Shown here: positions 1 through 10,082 of the stretch, piece by piece
Numbering within the stretch: position 1 is the first letter of the stretch
Layout of the letters: every line of letters starts with the position of its first letter
Source: a plasmid
Reading direction: 5' to 3' (one strand)
Sequence record: NZ_CP033968.1
DNA length: 64,000 nt
Notes under the pieces: model-generated
The model's input: only the letters and a program-made list of their open reading frames with translations
Told to the model about the DNA's origin: nothing
The model's database searches: none
Position numbers and translations under genes: made by a program

Positions 1-225
1 AGGCAATTGCGTCTCGTCGCATCGCAGCTCGATCGGTTCGACGTAGTGCGGTGTAAACTGAAATTTTCCGCAGTAATACCACATGAAGAATGGCCAACTC
101 ATTAGCGCATACAGGAGGGGAGGGGCCCACCAGTACCCGTGGCCAGGATTGGCTTTAACCGTGATCACAACACAGATTGCCACGGCGTAGAACATTGCGT
201 AGCACATCCATCGTTTTGCTTTCAT
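1..225 (-). CDS. hypothetical hydrophobic protein, N-terminal part; the gene runs off the window start
   Basis: The ATG at 225..223 on the minus strand opens a frame with no stop before position 1. It reads MKAKRWMCYAMFYAVAICVVITVKANPGHGYWWAPPLLYALMSWPFFMWYYC, which is hydrophobic and Trp/Tyr-rich. The local GC is lower than the rest of the window, and the track omits it because it lacks a stop. Confidence 0.3.
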   Translation of the reverse strand, partial: MKAKRWMCYAMFYAVAICVVITVKANPGHGYWWAPPLLYALMSWPFFMWYYCGKFQFTPHYVEPIELRCDETQLP

Positions 226-396
226 CTGCTGCACCCTTGCGCGGTAGTCTGGACGCGAGAGAGATGACGAACATCCGCGAAGAATGGGTACTTGTCTCGG
301 GTGGAGAACGAGAAGGTGGCTTCCATGTCAGCCGTTGGGGGCGCAGCAATGAGAAAACCCGGCCACGAAATGTGGCCGGGTCGGAGGGGTTACCAA

Positions 397-1140
397 TCAG
401 ACGAGCGATTTGAGTCGGTTCCACTCGGCGTCAACGTCCCAGGCTGAGACTGCGGAGAATCTCGCGACAAGTTCGTGGATGGTGATGTCGTGGGTGGGCT
501 CATCAAGCGTGAGTATCGCGCTCAACTGGGGAGCGCCGCTTTCAAACGCCTCAAGGCAAGTGAAGACATGATCAATCTCGCTCGGCCACCCGCTTGTGCC
601 CTGCAGCTGAAGACTCGGCGTCGGCAGTCCAACCTGTTGCGCAATTAGCAGCCCGCCTTGTTGCAGCTTTCCGGCGATCAAAGCAAGCTGGTCATTGGAG
701 ATCGCTCCTGCGACGACGACACACTCACTTACCTGGCAGCTAGCAGCGTCGCAATACACCAGCTCAAGTTTTGTGTTCTCACCTTGGTACCGTATGCCAT
801 GGTGGTGGGGATCGTCGAACACCGTGGTGACCAGTTCGCGATACGCTTCCGGAAGGAGGCGCGTGTCGAGGCCGGCGGCCGTATCAAAGTCGATCACCTC
901 GATGGTGACCTGTCCATCGTGAGCGGTGTTGAGGATACCGTCCTTGGTGGTGACAAGAACGATAGCCGGACTGACTGCCCCGGTGCCAGCCTCGAGCTCA
1001 ATCAAAGTGATTGCGGCTTCGAGGCCAATGATGTCGTTTTCCTTTGGATCATACAGGTTCGCTTCGATGCCGCTCCTGATATCTTCCAATTGCGCCTTGG
1101 CGGCTTCGATGACTCTCACGAGTGCTGCTTGCTGATTCAT
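397..1140 (-). CDS. hypothetical protein (247 aa), immediately downstream of the exonuclease gene
   Basis: A long ORF with typical high-GC codon usage and a GGAG ~8 nt upstream of the ATG. I recognise no motif in it. Confidence 0.6.
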   Translation of the reverse strand: MNQQAALVRVIEAAKAQLEDIRSGIEANLYDPKENDIIGLEAAITLIELEAGTGAVSPAIVLVTTKDGILNTAHDGQVTIEVIDFDTAAGLDTRLLPEAYRELVTTVFDDPHHHGIRYQGENTKLELVYCDAASCQVSECVVVAGAISNDQLALIAGKLQQGGLLIAQQVGLPTPSLQLQGTSGWPSEIDHVFTCLEAFESGAPQLSAILTLDEPTHDITIHELVARFSAVSAWDVDAEWNRLKSLV

Positions 1141-1269
1141 GCTGGGTCTCCGTGAAAGGGGAGGTTGAAGGCCGAGATGGAAAGCCTTGTGAGGAGAAAT
1201 GGCGCACAGCTCTGCGTAGATCTGGCCGCGAAGAAGAAAAAAAGCCTCCCGGGTGTGGGAGGCTTGGGG

Positions 1270-2265
1270 TTAGATGACAAGCTCGACGGTGTCTCGATAC
1301 TTGCCAAGATTCGGTGGAGCGTCGGGCACTGCGATCGCCTTCGGACGATGAATCTGCAAGGGCGTCGTATCCACGTCAGTGAGATTGAAGTCCTTTGCAA
1401 CGGTGATTCGGAAGGACTCTTTGCCTTTGCCGCGGTACGAATCCACATCCGTGTCGGTCACTACCACGCCTTTGTCAGCAAGCAGCTTTGTGTAGTCCAC
1501 TTCGCCTTTCTTGTTGGTTCTGGATAGAAGCACGCCACAGCCTTCTCGCAGCTTTTCACCAGGTGCCAACAATGCAATGAGTGCTTCACGGGCCAACTGC
1601 TCTCGTTCCTCCAACTCGTCTCTCTCGCGCTTGATAAGGAGGTAGTGAGTCGCTGCTGCTGCCCACTCATCGGACTCCCATATCCCAGACTGTACTCGCT
1701 CCCAGAAGATGACCTCTGCGGCGACAATCTGGTCAATGCGGGCCTGATCGCGAGGCACTCGCAACAAGACGCCGTCCTGGCCGTCAAACGAGTAGTAGTT
1801 CCCGTAGTCAGCCTCAGCAACGAAAATCTGTTGCTGGACCTGGTCGACGTACTCCTCAGGCACCAGGCCGCTGAGGGCCAGTTTGTGGGCACGTTCACCA
1901 GGACACTTGACCTCGAGCGGCTCGCCCGAGAACAAGTCGAAACCGTCGAACGACGCCCGAATGAACGGGTGGACGGCACTCTCGGCGACGAGGGGGGTGA
2001 CTGTGGTGTTCGTCAGCTTCTCGTACTGCGCCCGCGCAAGAGGTTCTAGGAGTTTTCCCCGCTCGCGGATCTTCTGAAGGATGGGATTGCGTTTCGGGTC
2101 GGTACCCTTACCCGTCTTATGCTTGAAAAGCTCATAAGCGCGAGTGTAGTGCGACTTTCCCATGATGATTGGGGCATCTGATGCTCCGATGCCCTTGAAG
2201 CGCCAAGCAAGCCATTCAGGTGAGCCCTGAATAGTTGCTGGCCCTGACAGGACTTGCATTGCCAT
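1270..2265 (-). CDS. YqaJ-like viral-recombinase-type exonuclease (lambda Exo / PD-(D/E)XK family) with an extra C-terminal region
   Basis: The N-terminus GSPEWLAWRFKGIGASDAPIIMGKS matches the YqaJ domain signature. I chose the internal start M12 at 2265 because AAGGAG lies 6 nt upstream; the track ORF extends to 2298. Confidence 0.8.
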   Translation of the reverse strand: MAMQVLSGPATIQGSPEWLAWRFKGIGASDAPIIMGKSHYTRAYELFKHKTGKGTDPKRNPILQKIRERGKLLEPLARAQYEKLTNTTVTPLVAESAVHPFIRASFDGFDLFSGEPLEVKCPGERAHKLALSGLVPEEYVDQVQQQIFVAEADYGNYYSFDGQDGVLLRVPRDQARIDQIVAAEVIFWERVQSGIWESDEWAAAATHYLLIKRERDELEEREQLAREALIALLAPGEKLREGCGVLLSRTNKKGEVDYTKLLADKGVVVTDTDVDSYRGKGKESFRITVAKDFNLTDVDTTPLQIHRPKAIAVPDAPPNLGKYRDTVELVI

Positions 2266-2639
2266 GGAGATCTCCTTGGGGTTGCCATGCCATAGCACGG
2301 CGTCTTCGCTTGACCCAAGGAGATGTCGAACGTGTGCAGCTAAGCCGCGCTGGTGGCCAACGGAGGGCCGCGCTAGAACGGCCTAGACAATTCCGGTGAT
2401 GATGTGAGAGGCATCGACACGGCGTAACGACCGGGGCTCCTGGGCGACGAAACCCGCGCCAACGTGATCCAGGGAAAACCGTTCCCGAAGCCGGGCCGAC
2501 AGAACGAGACGTAGGGGAAGTTACTGTCCAGCAGACAGCGGAAGTATCTAGCTGGCAGAAAACGTATTTCAGATTGAAAAAGCCCTCCGCTACGAATAGC
2601 GAAGGGCGTGTCTTACTTGCGCGGGCTTGCGAACGGTGC

Positions 2640-3074
2640 TTACTCCTTTAGGAAGAGCCCAGGCAGGATGCCAACTCCGGCACCCGAACGTAGCCTCTCG
2701 CAGTCTTGGCACCAGAAGGACTTCTTGTTACCCATCAACGTTGTGGTCAGCGGGTTCAGCCCAAGCACGAATGCGTCCTTACGGCTTGGCACCAAGATCA
2801 TGAACTCGTGCCCCTGGCTATCCCAACTCTTCCAGGTGACGTCGAACGTTCCGACGGACCCTGCCCATTGGCTGCTTGGGTCCTTCGTGACCTCGAGAGT
2901 TCCGGTTCCTTCCTTGGCATCACCACCGAAATTGTTGAGGGAGAGTTTCGCCGTGACACCGACAGAACTTCCCCCAAACATATTCGTCGCGGTGTACACC
3001 GCAGGCTTGTCCGAGCACGCAGAGACCCCAATGGCTCCAATGGCCACCAGCAGGGCGAGGAAGAGCTTTCTCAT
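2640..3074 (-). CDS. putative lipoprotein
   Basis: MRKLFLALLVAIGAIGVSAC is a signal peptide with a lipobox cysteine. The start at 3074 has a GGAG upstream; the track ORF runs further up to 3224. Confidence 0.5.
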   Translation of the reverse strand: MRKLFLALLVAIGAIGVSACSDKPAVYTATNMFGGSSVGVTAKLSLNNFGGDAKEGTGTLEVTKDPSSQWAGSVGTFDVTWKSWDSQGHEFMILVPSRKDAFVLGLNPLTTTLMGNKKSFWCQDCERLRSGAGVGILPGLFLKE

Positions 3075-3247
3075 GTATTTTTTCTCCGATAGGTTGGTTG
3101 GACGCAAGTTCATCGTCATGTCCTTGCGCGGAAGGAATGACTCACAGGAAGCCATAACTGGCGTCACGTATATGCGGTTGTCGGGCATCTCAGAGGGTCC
3201 TGCTATGCCGAATCGTCGGCACAACCTTCATTAACGGAGAGATACCC

Positions 3248-3919
3248 ATGACGCTTTACTCGAAACCATGTTCGATTCACAACCAGCTCCGGACTGGGGC
3301 TCATATGCTGAGTGGTGACGTACGCGCCTTCGTGGAGAGTCAGGCGTTCACTGATGGCTTAGTCACCGCTGAGAAGTACGATGTTGAGAAGGCCAGAATG
3401 ACCATCGCCATGCTGAAATGCGTCGCCCTGGACCCCCTGCGCGGAGCAGATCTCCATGCGTTCATCACGCAGGGGGAGGGAAAGCTTCGCTGCAACCTCG
3501 CGTTTGACCGCCTGGCAAACTTTGTGGGTTTGTTCGAGATCGATTTGGCGGCTCCGCTCGCCAAAGCACTGGTCGATGCCGTCGAACAGAACCTGCGCGG
3601 CCGAATGTTCAAAGCGGCGCAAACTAGTCGGCGTATTGAGCGTAGGTCAGTAGGCATGCTGGCAAAGGCGGCCAGGAGGGGGAATGCCGCTTATCGGGCC
3701 TCGCTTGACGCCGCCATGCCAAAAGGAGTGCTTCGCTGGAGCCCTACGCCAGAGGACTACTTCCGCGCCAACGCAGAGTTTGATCGAGCGTACGGTAATG
3801 CCAGGGAGAACATCGAGCGCCGACTTAGCGCTCTGGGCCGAGTGGCTTCGCCGGGGTTCACCGGCGGCTACACGGAAGCCGTCGCTGGATTCCTGCACAG
3901 TTACCTTTCGAGCAACTAG
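3248..3919 (+). CDS. hypothetical protein (223 aa)
   Basis: GGAGAG sits 7 nt before the ATG, and the ORF is clean with high GC3. Confidence 0.6.
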   Translation: MTLYSKPCSIHNQLRTGAHMLSGDVRAFVESQAFTDGLVTAEKYDVEKARMTIAMLKCVALDPLRGADLHAFITQGEGKLRCNLAFDRLANFVGLFEIDLAAPLAKALVDAVEQNLRGRMFKAAQTSRRIERRSVGMLAKAARRGNAAYRASLDAAMPKGVLRWSPTPEDYFRANAEFDRAYGNARENIERRLSALGRVASPGFTGGYTEAVAGFLHSYLSSN

Positions 3920-3993
3920 GCGTTTGCAGTCCATAAACAAAAAGGGCCCGCTTGTGTTACAAGCGGGCCTTCTTCTTTGTCGGTTATCCTGGC

Positions 3994-4668
3994 CTACTGG
4001 GCAATCTTGAGATTGATAGCGCGGCTGAGTCCTTCGCTGGCGTTCACCAGCCGCAGATCGTCGAGCGTCAGTTCAGGATTGTAGGAAGCCGCCACGGAAG
4101 TCGCGCAGCTGCGGCCCACCCGGCAAACCTCATACTCCACGACGAGCACGGGCTTCTTTACGGCCGCCGCGGAGCCTGCTGCCGCAGGATCGGTAGTCGC
4201 TGGATTCTGGCTAGTGAGGTCCTTATTCACGTGGTCCAGATTCACCAGCACATCGTTGGCCATATAGCTTGGGTCGGAACAAGTGCCAAAAGCCAGGCAA
4301 AGTCCAATTGAGGCTGCGATTCCAACCCCTGTGCTCAGGCTGACTTTACCGTCTTTGCCTTGTGGTGTGTACTTGTCTGCCTCGCCGGCGTAAAGCTCGC
4401 GCACGGAGTAGCGGATGCCTGGGTCGTCGTTGGAGACGTTGTACCCAGCCGCGGCAATCTTCTGGCTTAGCTTTTCAGCTACTGCCTCTTGTCCCTCTGG
4501 AGCAGTGACCCCAACCTTGCCCGAAAAGGAGCCGAGATTGGTATTCACATGCGCAGCGATAACTCGATAGTCGTCAGTCGCAACAATTGACGGCTTTGCT
4601 GCGAATGCAGGGGAACTGCAGGCCGTGATCAGGACCGCGATGGCGGCGAAAACTCCTCGAAAGTTCAT
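3994..4668 (-). CDS. putative secreted protein or lipoprotein
   Basis: MNFRGVFAAIAVLITACSSPAFA is a signal peptide, and GGAGGG lies upstream of the ATG. Confidence 0.6.
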   Translation of the reverse strand: MNFRGVFAAIAVLITACSSPAFAAKPSIVATDDYRVIAAHVNTNLGSFSGKVGVTAPEGQEAVAEKLSQKIAAAGYNVSNDDPGIRYSVRELYAGEADKYTPQGKDGKVSLSTGVGIAASIGLCLAFGTCSDPSYMANDVLVNLDHVNKDLTSQNPATTDPAAAGSAAAVKKPVLVVEYEVCRVGRSCATSVAASYNPELTLDDLRLVNASEGLSRAINLKIAQ

Positions 4669-4785
4669 GTGACCCTCCTAGTAACACGTATGTATATTAT
4701 TGCTGGGGTTGATTGTATATGGATTGTCAAGTTTTGGGGAAGTTACCCCGGGGATGTGTGATACGACTGCGCTGTGTGAGAGCTC

Positions 4786-4821
4786 ATAAAAAAACTGGGC
4801 TCGCGTATCACGTGAGCCCAG
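4786..4821 (-). terminator. rho-independent terminator candidate for a leftward transcript
   Basis: The hairpin ctgggctcgcgtatcacgtgagcccag is preceded by an A7 run on the plus strand, which is a U-run after the stem on the minus-strand RNA. Confidence 0.4.
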
Positions 4822-5617
4822 TCTTGAGAACATCGAACGCCGTAGCATTCGACCAAAGGGTGCCGAGGCACCGTTTCAAGACTGGGCCCATAGCTTTACC
4901 TGATTGGATTCGTCGACAGCAGTACGACGTTTCTAGGCTAGGTGTGCCTTTGCGACTCCCCACCAGTATGCACATGGCCGCTGTGTGATGGACTTTGCGT
5001 CCGGGGATAGTCATTGGCGCTTGCTCCCGTAGGGGGGAGCACTTGAGGGTTTGTATCTCTACGACCCATTCCTCCGTTGGTTCCGTGCGGAATCACGTGT
5101 TGTCCAACGCTCGGGAGACACCCGGCGTGCGACAGTTGTCGGTTCTCAGCGAATCCAGTGACCGAAGTCACGTTCATCTAAGACATCGGCGTGCATAGCC
5201 GTCGTCGAGCACACAAAACAATCACGTGGGAGGCGTTGGGGAAAGATACGCTCAAGCGGTGATGGGGCATTGCGCTGGCCCGTCACCCTAGATGACTACA
5301 AGGGAGGCGTCGCTACCTCGGATCAGCCTGGTGTCTCCAGTTCCTGCATCCGTTGAACCTTGCCCTTGGTGATGTGCAACATCCGCGCATACAGGGACTG
5401 GGCGGGTATGCCGTGTGACCTCTCCTTCTCCTTCCTTTCCTTCCTGTGCTGCAGCCTGCCTGTTCCTATCTTGCTGGGAGGGTGAGACCAGACCCGATGG
5501 GGAAGGGTGTCCGCGCCCGACCACCCACCGAAGCCGACCGGGGACAGTTGCTAATTCATGTGACTCATCTCTCCAGAGTCAAACAACAGCGGCGCTGCCG
5601 CCCCCTAGGAGCTTTGG

Positions 5618-5887
5618 ATGGACACTAACGAAACTCACTCTGGCGAAACGCGAATCGAGCGCATCACTGGCGGCCACAATCGCGTTCTCGTGCTGCATAC
5701 CAAGGACTCGGAAACCACCATTGTCATTCCGCCTGGTGTCAACGAGCACGATTGGATGGGACTGGAAGCCGAGCGGAACAGGCGAGAGGCGGCAAGTCTC
5801 TTCGATCGAGCACAGCAGCTGGCGGCTCGTGCTAAGCGGCTGGATTTGGCCGCCGGCTTGTGCAAGCCGTCAAATCCGTCGAACTGA
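5618..5887 (+). CDS. hypothetical protein (89 aa)
   Basis: AGGAG lies 6 nt upstream of the ATG. Confidence 0.45.
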   Translation: MDTNETHSGETRIERITGGHNRVLVLHTKDSETTIVIPPGVNEHDWMGLEAERNRREAASLFDRAQQLAARAKRLDLAAGLCKPSNPSN

Positions 5888-6096
5888 ATGGGGATCGCCT
5901 CGGCGATCGCTCCTCCTGTAACCGTGGTGCCCACCGAGTACCCTCTCACGAGGTACCGGTGGGTTTTTCTTTTCAGGGGACTCAAATGGCTACCAACTGC
6001 ATGAACTCGCCTCCCGCTCCGGCGCCGCGGCATCACCGCCACATGGCGTGTCCAAGCACCAATGAGAAAGGCCCCTCAAAGAGGGGCCGGTGGGAG

Positions 6097-6324
6097 TTAG
6101 AAGCCTTGCTGGGCCATGAGAGACCTAACAAGGGCGGGGGCCACACTGACGATGATGCCAATCAGTGCCAGTTTGAAGCCCAGAGACTGAGCGTCCAGAC
6201 TGGCCACGAATGCGCGAAGGTGGAAGGCGACAAAGACGACCTTGTACATGAAGTCAAGAATCTCTTTGGCTACCCACCCTGCGATGTTCGCGCCGGCGAT
6301 GATGATTTGGACGAATTTGTCCAT
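6097..6324 (-). CDS. small two-TM membrane protein (75 aa)
   Basis: The internal start MDKFVQIIIAGANIAGWV has a GGAG 9 nt upstream and is followed by two hydrophobic segments. Confidence 0.4.
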   Translation of the reverse strand: MDKFVQIIIAGANIAGWVAKEILDFMYKVVFVAFHLRAFVASLDAQSLGFKLALIGIIVSVAPALVRSLMAQQGF

Positions 6325-6514
6325 TGGTGCTGCTCCACGCGAGAGGTTGGCCGGCTTGCGCCGGGTGCCCGGGAAATGGGCCACCCACCGGATCGGGGGT
6401 GAGAGCGGCCAGCTCGCTGGTCTGGCGTTCGATCAAACTACTGAACTGCTCTCTCGCGTATAGCTAGGACGATTTGGACGCCTGCATCCGAACCACATTC
6501 CTTCAATCGGCTTG

Positions 6515-6850
6515 TCAAACCTGGCCTGTAGCCGCCGTTCTCAGGTAGCCGGCGTGATACGGGGCGCAGCCCATAATCCAGCGGCCTTCTAGTTCGAGGT
6601 CGTAGTCCGAGAACGACGTTCCCGACGCATTGCATCTGGCCTCGTTCTCGATGACGGCATCGAGGCGGACAATCTCTGTCTCATTAAGCGGTCGAATGCC
6701 TGTCTGGCGGGAGCTGCTAGCCCAAGCCTTGTACTCGGGAGTACCGTGCTCGTCGAGCCAATCTCGATGCTTGAACATCTCCCTGTCCGTGGTGAAGCCG
6801 AGGGCGACCGCTTCGTCGCTGACGCCTGAAATTGCTGCTTTTCCTGTCAT
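6515..6850 (-). CDS. hypothetical protein (111 aa)
   Basis: AAGGAG lies 7 nt upstream of the ATG. Confidence 0.55.
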   Translation of the reverse strand: MTGKAAISGVSDEAVALGFTTDREMFKHRDWLDEHGTPEYKAWASSSRQTGIRPLNETEIVRLDAVIENEARCNASGTSFSDYDLELEGRWIMGCAPYHAGYLRTAATGQV

Positions 6851-7037
6851 TTCGTACTCCTTCGAGTTGAACCGTGCAAGCTGATATGCCGCACACGAAG
6901 GAAGAAGGGCGAGACCTGCTCCGGCAAAAAAAGCCCGCTCCGGATGAACCGGCAGCGGGCTGGGCGGGAGTCAACGGGTGTATTGTTAAAGCCGACCAAG
7001 TTCGACGCTGCCGGGCAGCGGCAAATCGGGGTGAGAC

Positions 7038-8061
7038 CGTGATTCAGTTCCTTGCAGACCAGATAGACCAGCTCGACCTTGCTCTAGACCAGCTCGCGTT
7101 GCAGGATCGGAACTTTGACCGGTTCGCTATGATGCTGACGGACAATGTCGTCGAACTGACATTGCACCGGCATGCAGAAGACACTCGAGTACTTGAATCG
7201 GATCTGCGCCTTGGGGGCCAGACTCCAGGAATCGATCAGAAGATTGTGTCGGAAGCTTTGGGGGCGAGGTTCGACGGCAAGGTAAAGTTGGCGCGTACGA
7301 CCGGGCTGATTGATGCGGAATTGAGCGCGACGCTGCTTTATCTCCATGGTTTCCGGAATACTGCGTACCACCGCGGTGCCCGGCATGAGGGCGTTCTGCA
7401 TTCGGTTTCGCTCTTCTACGTGCGGTGCGCCTGCGAGATTCTTGCGCGGTACCAGCCCCTTGGGTGGTACTCAGCGAGCGGGGACAAGATCTCGCACCGC
7501 GCTGTGAAGTACCTTGGCTCCATGAAAGGAAAATTGCCAACCGAACCTTTCGGGCGCGCATGGGCCCAGATATCGGAAGTCGCACTGCATCTGGGGGACA
7601 GGCTCGTAGCTGATCTGCACTGCGACATGCAGAAGACTATAGAGACGTTCGCCGAAAGCCTGGGATTGCTTGCGCAGTACCCTGAGCCTGGTGGTACACC
7701 GCGCAGCACTGTGATCATTGAGAGTCAGGTGTGGCACGTTGCCTTTTCGTCCGTGGGGGAAGACTATGCTCGAGTCCACGGTGGACCGACGTCGCCGTCG
7801 GCTGACTACGTGCGCTGGATAGAAGCCAACTTCCCATGGATCGACCGCGTTGACCCGGTTCCGTCGTGGCGAAGGCGAGCCGCCACACTCGCGAAGGAAA
7901 AGAATCCGCATTCGGCCGTTAAGAAGTACTGCGACTTCATGCGGCAGTCTGAAATGTTGCGTGAAGCGATCGATGCGGCTGCTGCTCAGCTCAACGCCCA
8001 TCTGAACAACCTGGTGGATTCGTACCTCGAAGAACAGGCTCTTCAGCGAGGGAAGCCGTGA
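7038..8061 (+). CDS. hypothetical protein; the start is uncertain
   Basis: The body of the ORF reads like a real protein. The track start at 6874 precedes an A-run plus hairpin at 6925-6960, so I chose the GTG at 7038 with an upstream GGGGTGAG; the ATG at 7126 is also possible. Confidence 0.5.
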
Positions 8062-8098
8062 AGGAAAAAAATGAAAACGCCCCTTCGGAAAGGGGCGT
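8062..8098 (-). terminator. rho-independent terminator ending the leftward small-gene operon
   Basis: The hairpin acgccccttcggaaaggggcgt is followed on the minus-strand RNA by a uuuucauuuuuuu tract. Confidence 0.6.
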
Positions 8099-8110
8099 CA
8101 CAGCGGTTGA

Positions 8111-8284
8111 TTAAGCATCCTGAGCGGCGTCGCGCATCAGTGAAGTGGCCTCAGCGTACGAGAGCCCATTGTCACGATAGTAGAGCGCACCCTGATGGAT
8201 GGCGCCGTCGTGGCTGTAGCCTTCCTTGCGGTACTCGAGATACTTGTCGGTTGCCCGAGCGAGCTGTTCGAGGGTGAACTGCAT
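8111..8284 (-). CDS. small hypothetical protein (57 aa), absent from the ORF track because it is under 60 aa
   Basis: Hand translation gives MQFTLEQLARATDKYLEYRKEGYSHDGAIHQGALYYRDNGLSYAEATSLMRDAAQDA. A GAGG lies 6 nt upstream, and the terminator is immediately 3'. Confidence 0.4.
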   Translation of the reverse strand: MQFTLEQLARATDKYLEYRKEGYSHDGAIHQGALYYRDNGLSYAEATSLMRDAAQDA

Positions 8285-8332
8285 TTCTGCCTCACTTGGT
8301 GGTGCGTTGCAAAGCGCCGCGAGAACGACGGA

Positions 8333-8605
8333 CTAGAGTTGATATGCGATTGCCTGACGCAGGGCAGAGGCGTCCATGTAGGCGCCATGCTTCGCGATGT
8401 AGCGGCCGATTGCTACGTCCAGCTTGACTACTTTCAGCTTTCGCATGCTGTTCAATGCTCTGAACGCTTCTTCGCGAGTGCATCCCGTGATCTCCTGTAC
8501 TGTTTCCACGAAGTTCTCTTCAGCGTTCGCAATGCGTTGGGCGACGGGTTTCGCTCCAGGGAGCCGTGCGTTCTGGTGCATACCTGCCTTGGCCTTAGCG
8601 GTCAT
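8333..8605 (-). CDS. hypothetical protein (90 aa)
   Basis: GGAGG lies upstream, and the gene abuts the upstream ORF stop. Confidence 0.45.
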   Translation of the reverse strand: MTAKAKAGMHQNARLPGAKPVAQRIANAEENFVETVQEITGCTREEAFRALNSMRKLKVVKLDVAIGRYIAKHGAYMDASALRQAIAYQL

Positions 8606-8823
8606 CAGATGCCGCCTCCGTACCCAAGCTGGGACATGATCCAGTCGCAGACAAAGCGGCGCTTCACCTGATCAGCTTTCAGCTCCGAGTCCTCACCTGC
8701 TTCACGAATCACCACCGCTGCAATGTCACCGCGCGTGCGATCGTGGCCGACGGTAGGCAAAGAGCGAACAACTGCGCTGAAGACTCGCTTGCCCGCCGTT
8801 GCCTTGACTGCGTCAAAGTCCAT
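8605..8823 (-). CDS. hypothetical protein (72 aa)
   Basis: An ORF in an operon-like arrangement with its neighbours. Confidence 0.4.
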   Translation of the reverse strand: MDFDAVKATAGKRVFSAVVRSLPTVGHDRTRGDIAAVVIREAGEDSELKADQVKRRFVCDWIMSQLGYGGGI

Positions 8824-8885
8824 TTCTTTCCTTTGTGTTTCGACCGCAACGGCGGCCGTCGCATATGCCTGGTTGTCGATAATCG

Positions 8886-9116
8886 TCAGATCACTTGCCC
8901 ATGAAGAGCTTGAACCTCGCGATAGTTGTTGGCCATGTCATGAAGCCAGCACACCTTGATGCGTAGATCGTCCGATGAGGGAGACACGTCCCACTCAACA
9001 AGGCTGTAGCAATGCCCGCCTTCATCGAACACTCGTGCTTCTGAACTTCCCATGGAGATGCGGTTGAACCCCTTGTTTCTAAGAAATTTCTGAACGCGCT
9101 TCCCGTTTGCGGTCAT
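8886..9116 (-). CDS. hypothetical protein (76 aa)
   Basis: An AAGGGAAAG purine tract lies upstream of the ATG. Confidence 0.4.
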   Translation of the reverse strand: MTANGKRVQKFLRNKGFNRISMGSSEARVFDEGGHCYSLVEWDVSPSSDDLRIKVCWLHDMANNYREVQALHGQVI

Positions 9117-9175
9117 CGTTCTTTCCCTTGAATGTTGTGTTGTTCCATCGCCCGCCGAAGCGGGCGGGTCGGGTG

Positions 9176-9373
9176 CTAGATCTTGCGAACGGTACCGCTC
9201 GCGATGTTCCAGCCGTTAGGCGCGAAACCTTTGCGGTTTCCCCACTTGTCGCTTTCGATGAAGGAGCCGTCGTTCAGGTTGAACTGCTCGCCGCCATCCT
9301 GCAGCGGCTTTACGCTGCGAGAGTTGGCGCGAAGAAACGTGCTGGATTTCAAGATGAAGTCTTTGGCCTGCAT
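9176..9373 (-). CDS. hypothetical protein (65 aa)
   Basis: The internal start MQAKDFILK has a GAAGGGAA 8 nt upstream; the track ORF is longer, running to 9451. Confidence 0.4.
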   Translation of the reverse strand: MQAKDFILKSSTFLRANSRSVKPLQDGGEQFNLNDGSFIESDKWGNRKGFAPNGWNIASGTVRKI

Positions 9374-9414
9374 TTCTCGATTCCCTTCGCCCGGGTTTGC
9401 GGGCAGATTTGTGG

Positions 9415-9954
9415 TTAGCGTTCCGCGGATTCGCCGTCGATCTCGAAGCAATATGGGTTGCTCTCGTCCGTGGAGACTTCCGCGAGGATCGGCTCGCCGT
9501 TAGGCCATGAACCAAGGTTGGCGGAGTTGCCTTGAATACGGTCGAGCAACTTGATTGCTTCCGCCTTGCTGGTGGCCTTGACGCGCACCGCGCAGGACAG
9601 CCGTACATCAAACGCGTACTCGTGAATCTCTGTCGTAGTACCGATGGTCACCGGGTCCGTCGACATGTCGGTCAGTGCGGTCGCAAAGTAGTGACCGTAT
9701 GCCAGCGGATCGGGGTCACTTGGCATCGAAACCAGGAATAGCAGTTCATCGCATTTGGCCAATCCGTTGACCTCCATGCCGACGGCTGCAATGGAGACCC
9801 GTTGGCCGCGGTACTTCTCCAGGTTGGGCAGCTTCTGAATTGCCTCGTCAGAGAAACGAGCCGATTTGAGACTGGCAGCAAATGCAGCTGCCTTGCTCGG
9901 GTCCTTGAAAATGCTGTCTGCTCCGCAGACGAGTTTGTTGCGGGCTTCTGCCAT
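9415..9954 (-). CDS. hypothetical protein (179 aa)
   Basis: AGAGGAGAG lies 4-5 nt upstream. Its 5' region is copy 1 of the duplicated cassette. Confidence 0.55.
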   Translation of the reverse strand: MAEARNKLVCGADSIFKDPSKAAAFAASLKSARFSDEAIQKLPNLEKYRGQRVSIAAVGMEVNGLAKCDELLFLVSMPSDPDPLAYGHYFATALTDMSTDPVTIGTTTEIHEYAFDVRLSCAVRVKATSKAEAIKLLDRIQGNSANLGSWPNGEPILAEVSTDESNPYCFEIDGESAER

Positions 9955-10059
9955 GGATCTCTCCTCTTGAAGGTTGGACTTGCATGAGGCAATGAGACAC
10001 AGGCAAGACTATGTGCCAGCGGAAAGGAAAACGCCCCTCACTGGCTGGCCAGGAGGGGC
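9952..10059 (-). repeat. copy 1 of a ~110-bp intergenic cassette (terminator hairpin + promoter-like segment + RBS + ATG)
   Basis: It is about 80% identical to 10729..10838. It has an identical 24-nt 5' end catggatctctcctcttgaaggtt and an identical hairpin cccctcactggctggccaggagggg with a T-rich tail on the minus strand. Confidence 0.6.
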
Positions 10060-10082
10060 GGGGGAGTTGGGAGGTCAGAGCA

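Noticed and set aside
7471-8001. The antisense ORF 7471..8001 (-) and similar long antisense ORFs (28505..29035, 60148..60873, 57709..58824, 27649..28494)
   Set aside because: They lie opposite well-supported genes and have Arg/Pro-rich junk composition typical of antisense frames in high-GC DNA.
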